A program made the position numbers and the translations under genes. A stretch of DNA of 64,000 nucleotides from a bacterium (GTDB lineage: Bacteria > Bdellovibrionota > UBA2428). Where the stretch lies: NCBI GenBank assembly GCA_009991595.1, contig JAACVK010000026.1, positions 25,109-89,108 of the forward strand, in the 5' to 3' direction. The notes beneath the pieces are model-generated. The model ran no database searches, had not been told where the DNA came from, and saw only the letters and a program-made list of their open reading frames with translations. Positions 48,466 through 61,251 of the stretch are shown here, one piece after another (the stretch's first letter is position 1; each line of letters starts with the position of its first letter).

Positions 48466-50600
48466 TGTATGTGGAAATGGTTACCATGGCCACTACAATA
48501 TGCCGCCACATCATACTTAAAGCCATGTTTTCTCCTAGCGTATTTATTTACTCTTTTTCGAACATTCTCATCATTAATATAAATCTTTTCAATATTAGTA
48601 GGGTCCTGATCTATAAATAGCTCAAGTGCTCGAGCCGTTTTATCGGCACTATAACCAGAGTCACCAACATTGCCTCGCTGGCCCCATCCATCATTGAACA
48701 TTAATCTAAAGTCAGCAGCACGCCCTTGAGTATGAGAGGAGTGCCCTGGAGTATGGGCGTAATTGTCGCCATTGGTATCTTTGTCGTTGATATCACCGGA
48801 AGCCAGAATCAACCCCTCTTGCCTAGCCATCAGAGCCACCCGCTTGATGTTCCAGATAATATGAGGTCTGCCATAAACGTAGTTATCTCCATCGTTATAG
48901 GTGTAATAACCGGTTCGCCTCGCCTCTTCAGTCGAGTTGACTTTTGGAAGCGCTGTCGTAATTGTATTATCGGGTGTTGGACGAGGACCGATCACAACCT
49001 TGTCACTGTTGCTGTATTTTCGATCAGCCTTAGCTTTTCCAATTTCATTTTCTTTTAATGGCTCTGTGGCTTTATTGTTGTCGCAAACAACCTTAATTTT
49101 TGGGTCTCCATTGGTTAATGCTTCACGCCCTTTTTGCACATTGACTATGAGCTCATTTAATTTTGATTTAGGATTAACGGCCTCGCGCTCAAAAACAGTT
49201 TGGAGACGATCTAGATCTTCAATCTGCTCCTTCTCACTAAATTCTTGTAGACCGTAAGCAAACAGGTCGGTCAAAGGCTGTTCAAAGGCATCGGCACACT
49301 TCTTACGGCGCTCAGTGCTGCGCTGCTCTCTTTGCTCATCGTAACACCATGACTCTAGATTATGTTTAAGAAAAGTTCTCACTCCACTATAAGGATTATC
49401 ACCCATAGAAATAGCTTTTTCATCCTCTTTATCATCACTCACATGACGACGAAGTAAGGTCGCTAACTTTAGAAAACTATGCGCCAGAACCTTAGGAGAA
49501 TCCTCGCAAACTAAATTATAGACGCTGCGATGAACCGCTTCATCGACTTGCCTAGCATGCTCCCCTTGGGTGCTTTTTTTATCAATAATCTTATCTTTTT
49601 GATTGAAAAGATAATTGGGACTTTTAATATAATCAGCCAACCCCGCAGCCACAGCCTCTTGCTGAGAAACAGGAGCTGGCTCTTCTGGTGCTGCAGGTGC
49701 TTCTACAGTAGAAGAACCATGCCCACCCTCTAGTGAGGGGACAGGAGTGACAGTGCTTTCAGGCGGAACTTTGGGATTGGACTCTGGCTCTGGCTCCGGT
49801 GCCGCCAACGCTCTTGTGGAGCTTTGCTCAGGTTCTTCAACAGGCTTCTCTATTGATGCTTCTTCAGACTTCTGTGTCTTATTAGCAGCCAACTTCTCAT
49901 CTAACTTTCCATGATAGAAAGTTTTCCCTGTCGGAGTAAACTCTTCCAACTCTGCAAGGTTTTCAAAGGTAGGTTTAGCGTCACACTTAATTTTATCGAG
50001 AGCCTCGCCTCGGCTTTTGATGAGTGAATTCTGTTCTTCGGATTTTAAAGACTCAATGCTCAGGGGCGAACTTTGAGATCCATCATAAGGATTTGAAAGA
50101 TAACTGGCAAAGCTTCGATGGGTAGAAATATAACACAACTTAGCAGCCTTAGATAAGCTGCTAAAATTGACTTCTTTTAGAGTTCCTCCGGTTTTGTGAT
50201 AACAAAAGTCGTCCAGATACACTTCCATAAAAGTTTTAAGAGTCGATCGACTTAGATGTTGTTTTTCGACCAAGTATTCTAGGGCCGAGCGATGAAGCGC
50301 GGCGACGTCCTGATGATTATCACACCCAATAGAGTAGATAATTTTTTTAATGTGGTCACGAGCCAAATCGGTATAGTCTTTCGAAGACATCACCTGATCT
50401 AAAGCCTCCCCTGGTCCCTGAGAGTTTCTACGGTGCGGTTCTGCGGCCCATGCGAATGAAGTCAAAATGGCAAAAACTAAAAACACGGCCACATTCAGAC
50501 TATTCTCTAAAATATTTCGTGATTGAGCCATACCTATAAGGCATCGACTTAAACTCAGCTTAAGTTTAGACAAATAGAAGAAAAAGCGATTAAAAACCAT
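48453..50600 (-). CDS. Secreted protein with Pro-rich linker and C-terminal LAS-family zinc peptidase domain (M15/M74-like murein endopeptidase)
   Basis: C-terminus 'HSSHTQGRAADF' (SxHxxGxAxD) and 'GHGNHFHIH' (HxH) are LAS metallopeptidase motifs; 'PEPEPESNPKVPPESTVTPVP' linker. Confidence 0.55.
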   Translation of the reverse strand: MVFNRFFFYLSKLKLSLSRCLIGMAQSRNILENSLNVAVFLVFAILTSFAWAAEPHRRNSQGPGEALDQVMSSKDYTDLARDHIKKIIYSIGCDNHQDVAALHRSALEYLVEKQHLSRSTLKTFMEVYLDDFCYHKTGGTLKEVNFSSLSKAAKLCYISTHRSFASYLSNPYDGSQSSPLSIESLKSEEQNSLIKSRGEALDKIKCDAKPTFENLAELEEFTPTGKTFYHGKLDEKLAANKTQKSEEASIEKPVEEPEQSSTRALAAPEPEPESNPKVPPESTVTPVPSLEGGHGSSTVEAPAAPEEPAPVSQQEAVAAGLADYIKSPNYLFNQKDKIIDKKSTQGEHARQVDEAVHRSVYNLVCEDSPKVLAHSFLKLATLLRRHVSDDKEDEKAISMGDNPYSGVRTFLKHNLESWCYDEQREQRSTERRKKCADAFEQPLTDLFAYGLQEFSEKEQIEDLDRLQTVFEREAVNPKSKLNELIVNVQKGREALTNGDPKIKVVCDNNKATEPLKENEIGKAKADRKYSNSDKVVIGPRPTPDNTITTALPKVNSTEEARRTGYYTYNDGDNYVYGRPHIIWNIKRVALMARQEGLILASGDINDKDTNGDNYAHTPGHSSHTQGRAADFRLMFNDGWGQRGNVGDSGYSADKTARALELFIDQDPTNIEKIYINDENVRKRVNKYARRKHGFKYDVAAYCSGHGNHFHIHWKK

Positions 50601-50744
50601 ATAATAACAGCTTAACGGTCTTAACGTTTTTGAATGTTAATCTTTTGTTAAGAAATTGGCATTTAAACAAAAGTTTTACCGCTTAACCCTAAAAGAGGAT
50701 GTTCCGGCTCCGCCCAATTGAAATGGCGCCCTGCACTGGGCTAG

Positions 50745-53033
<2,289 letters not shown>

Positions 53034-53062
53034 ATAAACACAATAATTACGTATAGTTAAGA

Positions 53063-53106
53063 AAGCTCTACACACCGGCTTCAATGCGCTGTGTAGAGCT
53101 TTTAAG
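53063..53106 (+). terminator. Probable rho-independent terminator after icd
   Basis: 'aagctctacaca-ccggcttcaatgcgc-tgtgtagagctt' 12-bp stem then 'ttaagtt'. Confidence 0.5.
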
Positions 53107-53142
53107 TTGCAGCGCATTGTTTCCTATGGAAACTTGCCGGGC

Positions 53143-55248
53143 ATGCAAATCCCCCGCCTCTCATCACTCCTCTTCCTTAGTCTAAGCATTTTTCTAAGTC
53201 AGCCTACGGCCGCTCAAAATGATCCACTGAGCACAAAAGCCCTCCAAAAACTGGCCGTAGACATCGCCCTCATTAAACTTGAAACGGATTATGGGCTCAT
53301 CGAATTTAAAGAACGCGAATACGGCATAACCATTGAAGAGCTTCGAAAGAAGTATCACCGCCTTATAGAAGAGGCGATGACCCTTGAGGAAGACGCAGGT
53401 CTCGACATTCCTGTTGATCGAGAAATATTGCCAAGGTCAGAGGCCGAGCAACTTTTGATTGGCCTTGCTGCTGAGCTACACGATGGCCACACAAACATTA
53501 TGCGAAACACAGCGGATGGTTACACGTTTGGGGTTTATGCGGAGAAAATACAAGATAAACTGATTGTCACCGGCTTTCACCCTGATTTCTTCTCGAAAGG
53601 AAACTCCTCAGAACCCGTTCAAGTTGGAGATGAAATCGTGAGCATCAACGAAGTAAGTGTAGAAGACATTGGAGCTCGTCATCTGCTCTACTCCCAAATG
53701 GGAACCTATCCTGCTCGCCTAGCTAGAGCTTGGGCCTCTATCACGACTCGCTCCCACCGGACACTGCGCGCAGAAACAGAAGGATCCCCAGTAAAAGTGA
53801 CATTCCGCCGCAACGGCAAAACCTTCGAAGGACATTATTCGTGGCACGGTATCCAAGCCTTGGCTGACGAAGCTTGGAAATATCCGAATTATTTCCCCAA
53901 CGACAAAAGCTCCCAAAAAGACGAAGGACAACCTCATCGATTCGGACAGTATGGAAGCGTTCGAAGTTATTTTGAAGATGGCGTTTTAAATTCGCCTTCA
54001 TTGTCTAAATCTGTCATCGAAGTTGGAGAGATCATCAACGCGCAACTCAACCAACAAAACAACGAAGGCTATCAAACTTCTAAAGAAACTCGGCCAGGAA
54101 AAACCCTGGATCAGCTCATTTCAGACTCAAAAGGTGGTGTAAAAAGTGTGAGCCGACTGAAAGCCTACATCATCAACCATGAAGGATCTAACCTTGGTGT
54201 ATTGAGAATTCCTAGCTATAGCCCTAACTCTTTTTCCGATGTGGTCAACGAATTGCGCTGGATCGCCCTTGTTCTAGAAAGATTTGAAAGCACTACGGAC
54301 GGACTCATCATAGATCAGGTAACCAATGGTGGCGGCTACGTCTACTATGTAGAACAACTACTAAAATTCTTTGCCCAAAAAGATGGCTCCATGAAAGGCA
54401 TGACCATGAACTCACGCCTGAGCCAAAATTATCTTTCCGTGCTCAGAAGATGGTCTCAAGGCCCCAACCCCTTAACTGGCAAACCCCCAAATTTTGCAGA
54501 AAATCAACTAAGCGAAAAAGCTTTGAAAGATCTTGAGGAGAAATTTAAAAATGGAGAAAAGTGGTCCGGCCCACTTCCAGCTTTTGGGGACGCTACTTTT
54601 CACCAAGAAGGAATCCCAGCCACCATCATCCCCTCTCAACGAATGGTCTACTCAAAGCCTGTTGTCATTGTGAACGACCTTCGAAGCGCAAGTGGAGGAG
54701 ATTTTTTTCCTTCTCTTATGAAAAAGAACAATCGAGCCATGCTCATCGGTGAAACGAGCACTGGCTTAGGGGCCCCGGTCTACTATGGCGTAGACTCTCT
54801 AGCAGGCTCAGAAATGTTTATGAGATCGGCCTATGGCTCTCCAGAATTTGCTGATGGAGAATTTCTTGAGAATGTTGGAGCAGAAGTGGATGTCTACCGC
54901 CCAGTTATGCCCGTGGATGCCAAGTCAGGTTTTGTGAATTTCTCAAGAGATGTCCTAAAAGCGGCTCATGCTTTCATCGTTAAAGGACACCAAATCAAAA
55001 CCATCCAAAATGATGTAAACAAGGCCAACCCAGAAAGCCCTCTAAACGATCAGGAAATTAAAAAAATGATTAGCGAGACCGATGCCCTTCGATCTAGAGA
55101 TCAAATCCTGCGCCCGCTGATTGACCCTGAAAGTGTTGAGAACCGATTAAGAGTTATGAAAGAACTTGGACAATACAAGAAGGGTTCGTGCCAAGACTTG
55201 ATTTCCGAAGGGCTGGAAGCTGCAAAAAAGGCAAGGAAGAAGAGCTAA
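53143..55248 (+). CDS. Secreted S41 family peptidase-like protein
   Basis: Signal peptide; PDZ-like 'VQVGDEIVSINEVSVEDIGA'; 'VVIVNDLRSASGGDFF...RAMLIGETSTGLG' resembles the S41 catalytic region. Confidence 0.5.
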   Translation: MQIPRLSSLLFLSLSIFLSQPTAAQNDPLSTKALQKLAVDIALIKLETDYGLIEFKEREYGITIEELRKKYHRLIEEAMTLEEDAGLDIPVDREILPRSEAEQLLIGLAAELHDGHTNIMRNTADGYTFGVYAEKIQDKLIVTGFHPDFFSKGNSSEPVQVGDEIVSINEVSVEDIGARHLLYSQMGTYPARLARAWASITTRSHRTLRAETEGSPVKVTFRRNGKTFEGHYSWHGIQALADEAWKYPNYFPNDKSSQKDEGQPHRFGQYGSVRSYFEDGVLNSPSLSKSVIEVGEIINAQLNQQNNEGYQTSKETRPGKTLDQLISDSKGGVKSVSRLKAYIINHEGSNLGVLRIPSYSPNSFSDVVNELRWIALVLERFESTTDGLIIDQVTNGGGYVYYVEQLLKFFAQKDGSMKGMTMNSRLSQNYLSVLRRWSQGPNPLTGKPPNFAENQLSEKALKDLEEKFKNGEKWSGPLPAFGDATFHQEGIPATIIPSQRMVYSKPVVIVNDLRSASGGDFFPSLMKKNNRAMLIGETSTGLGAPVYYGVDSLAGSEMFMRSAYGSPEFADGEFLENVGAEVDVYRPVMPVDAKSGFVNFSRDVLKAAHAFIVKGHQIKTIQNDVNKANPESPLNDQEIKKMISETDALRSRDQILRPLIDPESVENRLRVMKELGQYKKGSCQDLISEGLEAAKKARKKS

Positions 55249-55355
55249 AGCACTCGGGGAGAGGGTGCCAAAATTCCCCCCCTTTGTAGCTAAAATAAAG
55301 CCCCAATAGTGCGATAAAGTGGTGAGCTAGTGATAGAACACTGAACGCTCCACTT

Positions 55356-56693
55356 ATGAAAAAATCTAGTGAAAAACTTTTCAGGCTTAGCACCATGGAC
55401 GGATGCTCGTGCGCCATGATGATTGGTCTTGGAGAGACCTTTTTTCCAGCTCTATTAATTGCACTTACTAATAACTCAATCAGCGCTGGAATGGTCAGCA
55501 CCTTCCCGCTCTTTGCTGCATCTATTATACAAATTCTATTATTTGGAACCAAAGGGCTTTTCCCAAGGCATAGAAATTTTGTATGCACCTTCGCCTCTCT
55601 ACAAGGATTAACTTTATTGGTTTTATCAACATCTCTTTTCTTCGGAAAGTTTTCAACTTTCTTCATATATCTATGCGCAACACTCTATTGGTCATTCGGG
55701 CAAGCCGCAGGCCCGATATGGAATGCCTGGCTATCCAATTTGGTTCCCGAAGCCAAACGTCTCAATTTTTTTGCCCGTAGAGAAAAATGGTGTCAGGTAG
55801 CAACAACCTTATCCTTACTCAGCGGAGGCCTTTTTCTAGAGGGCTTTAGCGGTCAATCACACAATGCATTTGCTTTACTGTTCTTAGCTGCTGCTCTTTT
55901 GCGATTTGTTTCGGCCGGGCTGCTCTTTCAACACCCTGACCTCCCACCAGAAATCTCTTTAGCGAGAAAGAAAACCTACAAGGAAAGCAAAAGCAAAATC
56001 TTTATCAATTGGGTTCGACGCTACAAGCACATCTTTGCTTTTCTTTTTCTAATTAAAGCCTCCGTCTACTTTGGAGCCAGTTTTTTCAATCCTTACATGC
56101 TCAAAGAACTCAAGTTGAGCTACTTAGTCTACACGGTCCTTTTAACAATAGCCTTGACCAGTCGAGTAATGATCATGCACTTCACCGAGGGCATTGCAAA
56201 AAAGATTGGGGTTAAATACCTGCTGGCAGTTTCAACACTCATCCTAGGAGCTGTCCCCTACCTTTGGACTCTAAGCTCAAACCCTTCTTTCTTGTCTGGC
56301 CTTCAAGTTCTTTCGGGGAGCGCCTGGGCCTGTTTTGATTTTGCTATCTTAATTTACCTAATGAACACCATCGAACACCATGCTCGATCAAAGCTTCTTG
56401 TTGGAATAAACTTCTTCTATGCTCTAGCGGCAGTTATTGGTTCAGCTCTAGGCGGTTACTCCATAAAAGTTTTAGGAGAAAGTGCGGACTCCTATCATCA
56501 AATCTTCGAATGGAGTTCTTACTTTCGCCTTTCTTGCCTAGTGCTCATACCCATGTTCTTTAAACAAAAGGTTTCAATTTCGTTTATCGCAACTCGCATA
56601 GTCGCCCTACGCCCATCCATAGGAGCACAGATAAAACCTGTGATACCTAGATCTTCAGTTGCTCAACTTAAGAAACAAAAGACCAAAAGCTAG
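55356..56693 (+). CDS. MFS-type transporter (12-TM membrane protein, hypothetical)
   Basis: 445 aa, ~12 predicted hydrophobic helices. Confidence 0.4.
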   Translation: MKKSSEKLFRLSTMDGCSCAMMIGLGETFFPALLIALTNNSISAGMVSTFPLFAASIIQILLFGTKGLFPRHRNFVCTFASLQGLTLLVLSTSLFFGKFSTFFIYLCATLYWSFGQAAGPIWNAWLSNLVPEAKRLNFFARREKWCQVATTLSLLSGGLFLEGFSGQSHNAFALLFLAAALLRFVSAGLLFQHPDLPPEISLARKKTYKESKSKIFINWVRRYKHIFAFLFLIKASVYFGASFFNPYMLKELKLSYLVYTVLLTIALTSRVMIMHFTEGIAKKIGVKYLLAVSTLILGAVPYLWTLSSNPSFLSGLQVLSGSAWACFDFAILIYLMNTIEHHARSKLLVGINFFYALAAVIGSALGGYSIKVLGESADSYHQIFEWSSYFRLSCLVLIPMFFKQKVSISFIATRIVALRPSIGAQIKPVIPRSSVAQLKKQKTKS

Positions 56694-57118
56694 CTATTAT
56701 GTGGCTTTAGTGAAATAGACTTTTGAGAACAAGCAGCAATCCATAATCGATCCAATCCACTCAGTTTCAAATATTGTTTAAACAGACTGGGCCATTCTAC
56801 AATAATTAACTCAACTTGGTCTATATAATGCTCTAGACTTAGGTTTTCTAAATCCTCCGCCTCGTCCATCCTATAGCAATCAAGATGTAAAACTCTTCCT
56901 AAGGAAGGGACGTCATATTCAAGCATTTTTAAAAAAGTCGGACTTTGAACCTCGTTCATTGAAAACCCAAAAGAACAGAGAAGCTCCTTGGTTAACTGAG
57001 TTTTTCCGACACCTAAGTCTCCTTCTAAATATAAAACTCGAGTGCCTTTCGTCTCTGAAATCCAACTTCTAAGCTCTAAAACCAATTGATCGAAATATCT
57101 AGGATGAGATTCGCTCAT
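56690..57118 (-). CDS. tsaE: tRNA threonylcarbamoyladenosine biosynthesis ATPase TsaE
   Basis: 'RVLYLEGDLGVGKTQLTKEL' Walker A in the TsaE/YjeE context. Confidence 0.8.
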   Translation of the reverse strand: MSESHPRYFDQLVLELRSWISETKGTRVLYLEGDLGVGKTQLTKELLCSFGFSMNEVQSPTFLKMLEYDVPSLGRVLHLDCYRMDEAEDLENLSLEHYIDQVELIIVEWPSLFKQYLKLSGLDRLWIAACSQKSISLKPHNS

Positions 57119-58056
57119 AAAGTCTCCACCAGCTCCGACAGAGTCTTGGAAAAGCTAACAGAAAGTTCAGACGCAAGCATTCCCTCGTAAATATCTCGAT
57201 GAGACAAAGCTTGCACGAAGACCGACAAAGCAATAGCCGCCAAAGCAGGTCGGGTGGATTCTCGCAAACGAAAAAGCATTCCCGCGACAAAGCCACACAG
57301 AACATCTCCACTACCAGCCGTTGCCAACGCCGGGCTCTCAAAATTGAGCTCGAAACATTTTTCCGAAGAGACATCTGCAAAAAGCGGATGGCCCCCTTTT
57401 AAAAGAACAGAAGCTTCAGGGAAAAAATCACTTAGCTTTTCCATCAATGAACTCATCAAAGAATGTCGACACGAAGGAAGTGCCGCCTCTGGAGAAAGGA
57501 CCTCTAACATTCGACCAGCCTCTAAGGGGTGCGGGGTTAAGGCCACCGGACAGTCAAAACGGAGGTTTTGGCTTTTGGCCATTCTCAAAAACAGAGCAAG
57601 TCCTCCTCCATCAAGAACAATTCCCTGCAATCTTGCACTAGCAAGCGATAATTCCCGAATATAAGGATACAGTTCTTCACAAAGCTCCAAATCTTTAAAA
57701 GCATCCGCAGCCAAACCCGGTCCAAAGATTAAAACCTGATCCCTTTCCAAAGAAAGTTCCCAAGCTTTTAGGGTCCTTTCAACAACGCACCACTCGCCAA
57801 TAGTTTCCAAGTTCAAGCGCCCCACACATGAGTCCAGTATAGTTGCGTAGCCCAAACCAGCATGGAGACAAGCCTTCGCCGAAAGTGAAATAGCTCCACC
57901 ACTGGCCAAAGCCCCACCCAATAGAAAGGCTCGTCCCCTTTGATTCTTATGAGCATCGCCCTGAGTTTTAGATACGACACCGCGTATCTGTAGAAAGAAG
58001 TCCTTCAAAGAGGCTTCAGTCGCTTCTAAATTGTGAAAGGAAACACTCTCGTTCAC
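57115..58056 (-). CDS. nnrD: ADP-dependent NAD(P)H-hydrate dehydratase (YjeF C-terminal domain)
   Basis: 'LKGGHPLFAD' and 'ATAGSGDVLCGFVAGML' match the GxGDxLxG YjeF-C motif. Confidence 0.7.
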   Translation of the reverse strand: MNESVSFHNLEATEASLKDFFLQIRGVVSKTQGDAHKNQRGRAFLLGGALASGGAISLSAKACLHAGLGYATILDSCVGRLNLETIGEWCVVERTLKAWELSLERDQVLIFGPGLAADAFKDLELCEELYPYIRELSLASARLQGIVLDGGGLALFLRMAKSQNLRFDCPVALTPHPLEAGRMLEVLSPEAALPSCRHSLMSSLMEKLSDFFPEASVLLKGGHPLFADVSSEKCFELNFESPALATAGSGDVLCGFVAGMLFRLRESTRPALAAIALSVFVQALSHRDIYEGMLASELSVSFSKTLSELVETL

Positions 58057-59417
58057 GACAAATCTTTTTTTAGTGCCGCCTCTAAATCGTCGGCCATCGA
58101 ATTAAGAGCAACTTCGTTTTCGCCCTCTAACATAATACGGCATAATGGCTCTGTGCCAGAGTAACGCAAAAGCACACGTCCTTTTCCAGACAAAGACTGC
58201 TCAACGCTCTTCAAGGCCTTTTGCGTCTCACTTAGCTGATTCAAATCTTTTTTGTCTTTGACTCGAATATTTCTCAAAAGCTGAGGCAAAGGTTGGACTA
58301 TTTTTCGCAATTCAGACAGAGGTTTTTCTTTTCTCAACATAACAGAAAGCACTGCAAGTGCTGCCACCGTTCCATCTCCGGTCGTAGAGGAATCCCCCAA
58401 AACGATGTGTCCGGACTGTTCTCCACCAAGATTAGATCCTGCCGCTTTCATGGTTTCCATAACAGCACGATCGCCAACATCACAACGAGCAATTTTTATC
58501 CCATGGGCTTTCAAAGCTAAATCCAAACCTAAGTTGGACATCTGAGTCACAACAAGGGTGTCGTTCTTTAATGCACCACGCTCTTTTAAATCCAAAGCAA
58601 GCAAAGCTAATATCTGATCACCGTCAACAACAGCACCTTTTTCATCCACCAAAATAGCTCGATCGGCATCTCCGTCTAAAGCTATCCCAATGTCTGCACG
58701 AAAGCGGTGAAGAGAGTCCTGAACAAGTTCAGGATAAAGAGCGCCGACTTCTGAATTGATATTGATCCCATTGGGAGTATTTCCAATTTGAAAAATTTCA
58801 GCTCCCAATTCTTCAAACACGATAGGAGCAAACTTATAGGCGGCCCCATTTGCAGTGTCTAAAACAACTCTCATTCCAGCTAAATCTAAAGAAGAGGGGA
58901 AGGTGGATTTGGCGTGGACTACATAGCGCCCCATAGCGTCGTCTATGCGTTTCGCTCGACCAAGCCCATCGCCAATGGGCAGACTTGTCTCAGGCTCATT
59001 GTCTAAAACTAATTTCTCAATACGAGCTTCTATTGAGTCATCTAATTTAAATCCATCGAATCCAAACAACTTAATACCGTTGTATTCGTAAGAATTATGA
59101 GAAGCACTGACCATGATTCCCGCATCAGCACGCATGCTTTGAGTAAGAAAAGCCACTCCAGGAGTAGGCATCGGCCCCACCAAAAGTGCAAAGGCCCCCT
59201 GACTCATCACTCCAGCAGCAAGAGCTTGTTCAATCATATAAGAGCTTCTTCGCGTATCTTTTCCTATAAGAACTATACTTTGGCGATCCACACGGCGGCT
59301 TTGCCCCTTAAAGTGTTTTGCAACGGCTCTGCCAACATTGAGAGCTATTTCTGCGGTCATCGGGTAACGATTTGCAACCCCTCGAATTCCATCGGTGCCA
59401 AAGAGAGTTTTTGTCAT
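58053..59417 (-). CDS. glmM: Phosphoglucosamine mutase
   Basis: 'LFGTDGIRGVAN'; active-site 'SASHNSYEYNGIK'. Confidence 0.9.
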   Translation of the reverse strand: MTKTLFGTDGIRGVANRYPMTAEIALNVGRAVAKHFKGQSRRVDRQSIVLIGKDTRRSSYMIEQALAAGVMSQGAFALLVGPMPTPGVAFLTQSMRADAGIMVSASHNSYEYNGIKLFGFDGFKLDDSIEARIEKLVLDNEPETSLPIGDGLGRAKRIDDAMGRYVVHAKSTFPSSLDLAGMRVVLDTANGAAYKFAPIVFEELGAEIFQIGNTPNGININSEVGALYPELVQDSLHRFRADIGIALDGDADRAILVDEKGAVVDGDQILALLALDLKERGALKNDTLVVTQMSNLGLDLALKAHGIKIARCDVGDRAVMETMKAAGSNLGGEQSGHIVLGDSSTTGDGTVAALAVLSVMLRKEKPLSELRKIVQPLPQLLRNIRVKDKKDLNQLSETQKALKSVEQSLSGKGRVLLRYSGTEPLCRIMLEGENEVALNSMADDLEAALKKDLS

Positions 59418-59486
59418 AGAATCAATCTTTTAGTCTATTGAGGGCAAGCTTGAAAGCGCAGTAAAAGTTAAAGTGTTTTCGGCACC

Positions 59487-60443
59487 TTAGCGAACGATGA
59501 CTTCTACGTAATCCGTGCTCCTACGAAGGACTCGCAAATCCGGTGGCAAACTCCAAAGTAGCTTAGGCCGATAAACACCTGCCTTCAAAGAAGGAATCTC
59601 CACCCAAACGTCTAAGTTACTATTCGATAATTCATCCAGAGAGCTTTCTGAACCCTCTAGTAGCAAACTCACTTTTTGAGGCGATATCTTTACTCGACTT
59701 CGACCTATCGTCACCACCCTCGCACTCTTCCCTGAGCCCACCTTGAGAGCAACGTTTATGTTACCCATACGCTTACGAGCCGAAGGCCCGGTCAAATCAG
59801 CGGCAACATACACAGACTCAATTCCATCAGCGACCTGCACTCCAGGGAAGTCTGCGAAATTAAGCTTGGCTTCAAACTCCTGTTTCAAAGGTGAAGTCGC
59901 GATTTTTAATTCCTCGGTCGGGATAGAATCAATGTAGCGCAGATTCCTTTGTGGCCCAGAGATAACAACCGTGCTTGGATTCGCAAGAACCTGTGTCACC
60001 TTGAAACCTTCGGGAAGCTGCTTCGTCAAAATTGGACGGACCGTTACGTGCTTTTTAGCCAATCGGTCCAATTTCACCTTAAACTTCTTGGGGGTCACAG
60101 AAACTACTTCAAGACCTAATGGAACGTCTAAACGATCTTCACTCACGACGACCTCGTGCTCTCCAACTCCAGAGCTTTGCATATCGATTGGAATAGATAA
60201 CGAGCGAGTTTCAAGCTCTCTCAAAAAAACATTGGGGCCCTTCACCTTAAAGACAATCTCTTCTGGGAGTTGATTGGCAATCACCAAGCCTTCAGGCAAG
60301 CGAAACTCTAATTTGACAGACTTGTTTGCCTCAGTCTTCTTTCCACCAATGACCGCCATCCACAAGAAAATCGAAAACACAATTGCAATGGTTCTAAGTA
60401 GCCAGACGTCACGACGGCCATACTCAAACTTCTTGCTCAGCAT
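59487..60443 (-). CDS. cdaR: CdaR/YbbR-like regulator of diadenylate cyclase
   Basis: N-terminal TM anchor followed by repeated YbbR-like beta-rich segments; sits between cdaA and glmM; start chosen at the Met overlapping the cdaA stop. Confidence 0.6.
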   Translation of the reverse strand: MLSKKFEYGRRDVWLLRTIAIVFSIFLWMAVIGGKKTEANKSVKLEFRLPEGLVIANQLPEEIVFKVKGPNVFLRELETRSLSIPIDMQSSGVGEHEVVVSEDRLDVPLGLEVVSVTPKKFKVKLDRLAKKHVTVRPILTKQLPEGFKVTQVLANPSTVVISGPQRNLRYIDSIPTEELKIATSPLKQEFEAKLNFADFPGVQVADGIESVYVAADLTGPSARKRMGNINVALKVGSGKSARVVTIGRSRVKISPQKVSLLLEGSESSLDELSNSNLDVWVEIPSLKAGVYRPKLLWSLPPDLRVLRRSTDYVEVIVR

Positions 60444-61245
60444 TATCCTTTTCCTCTTCCGACTCTTCTGGCAACAGATCAAACGCCTTCAGTAATTCCC
60501 GATTCAGCTCATTCACAGAGAGCTTCTTTTTAATCTCTCCATGCTCGACCAAAGAAATTTCACCACGCTCTTCACTCACAACTACAACAACCGCGTCCGT
60601 TTCTTGAGAAAGCCCCATGGCGGCTCTATGCCTTGTCCCTAATTTGCGATCTAAGCCAGACTCTAATGAAACCGGAACAAAACAACCTGCCGATAAAATT
60701 TTATCATCTTCGATGATCACAGCACCATCATGAATGGGAGAATTGGATTGAAAAATAGAATAAAGAAGCTCTGCAGAAACATCTGCATTGAGCTTTGTTG
60801 CCCCTTCAGCATAGTTCTTTAGCCCGTGCTGCCTCTCTAACGCGATAAGCGCTCCCACACGATTGGCCGCTAGACTTTGAGCTGAGCGACAAATCTCTTC
60901 GATCACATGAACCGCACGACTCTTAGCTGTTGATCCAGTCAAGAAAGGGTTACGTCCGATATTGGCCAAGGCACGACGAATTTCATCTTGAAACAAGATT
61001 ACGACAATAAGGAAAAGATATTCGAAAAATTGCTTGAGCAAATAATTAAGAACAAAGAGTCGAAGCCGGTCACTGAAGATAAAGGCCAAAGAAAGAATTC
61101 CAAGACCCGTTAAAATTTGAACCGCACGAGTTCCTCGAATCAATAAAAGTAATCTATAAATTACGAGGAAAACTAAAACAATATCCAGTAGATCTTGCCA
61201 CCTCAGTTGCGACAGGAACTTAATTAGGTAACTGAATATCTCCAC
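60424..61245 (-). CDS. cdaA: Diadenylate cyclase CdaA (c-di-AMP synthase)
   Basis: 3 N-terminal TM helices; DAC-domain motifs 'HDGAVII' (DGA) and 'GTRHRAAMGLS' (RHR). Confidence 0.85.
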   Translation of the reverse strand: MEIFSYLIKFLSQLRWQDLLDIVLVFLVIYRLLLLIRGTRAVQILTGLGILSLAFIFSDRLRLFVLNYLLKQFFEYLFLIVVILFQDEIRRALANIGRNPFLTGSTAKSRAVHVIEEICRSAQSLAANRVGALIALERQHGLKNYAEGATKLNADVSAELLYSIFQSNSPIHDGAVIIEDDKILSAGCFVPVSLESGLDRKLGTRHRAAMGLSQETDAVVVVVSEERGEISLVEHGEIKKKLSVNELNRELLKAFDLLPEESEEEKDNAEQEV

Positions 61246-61251
61246 TTCACA

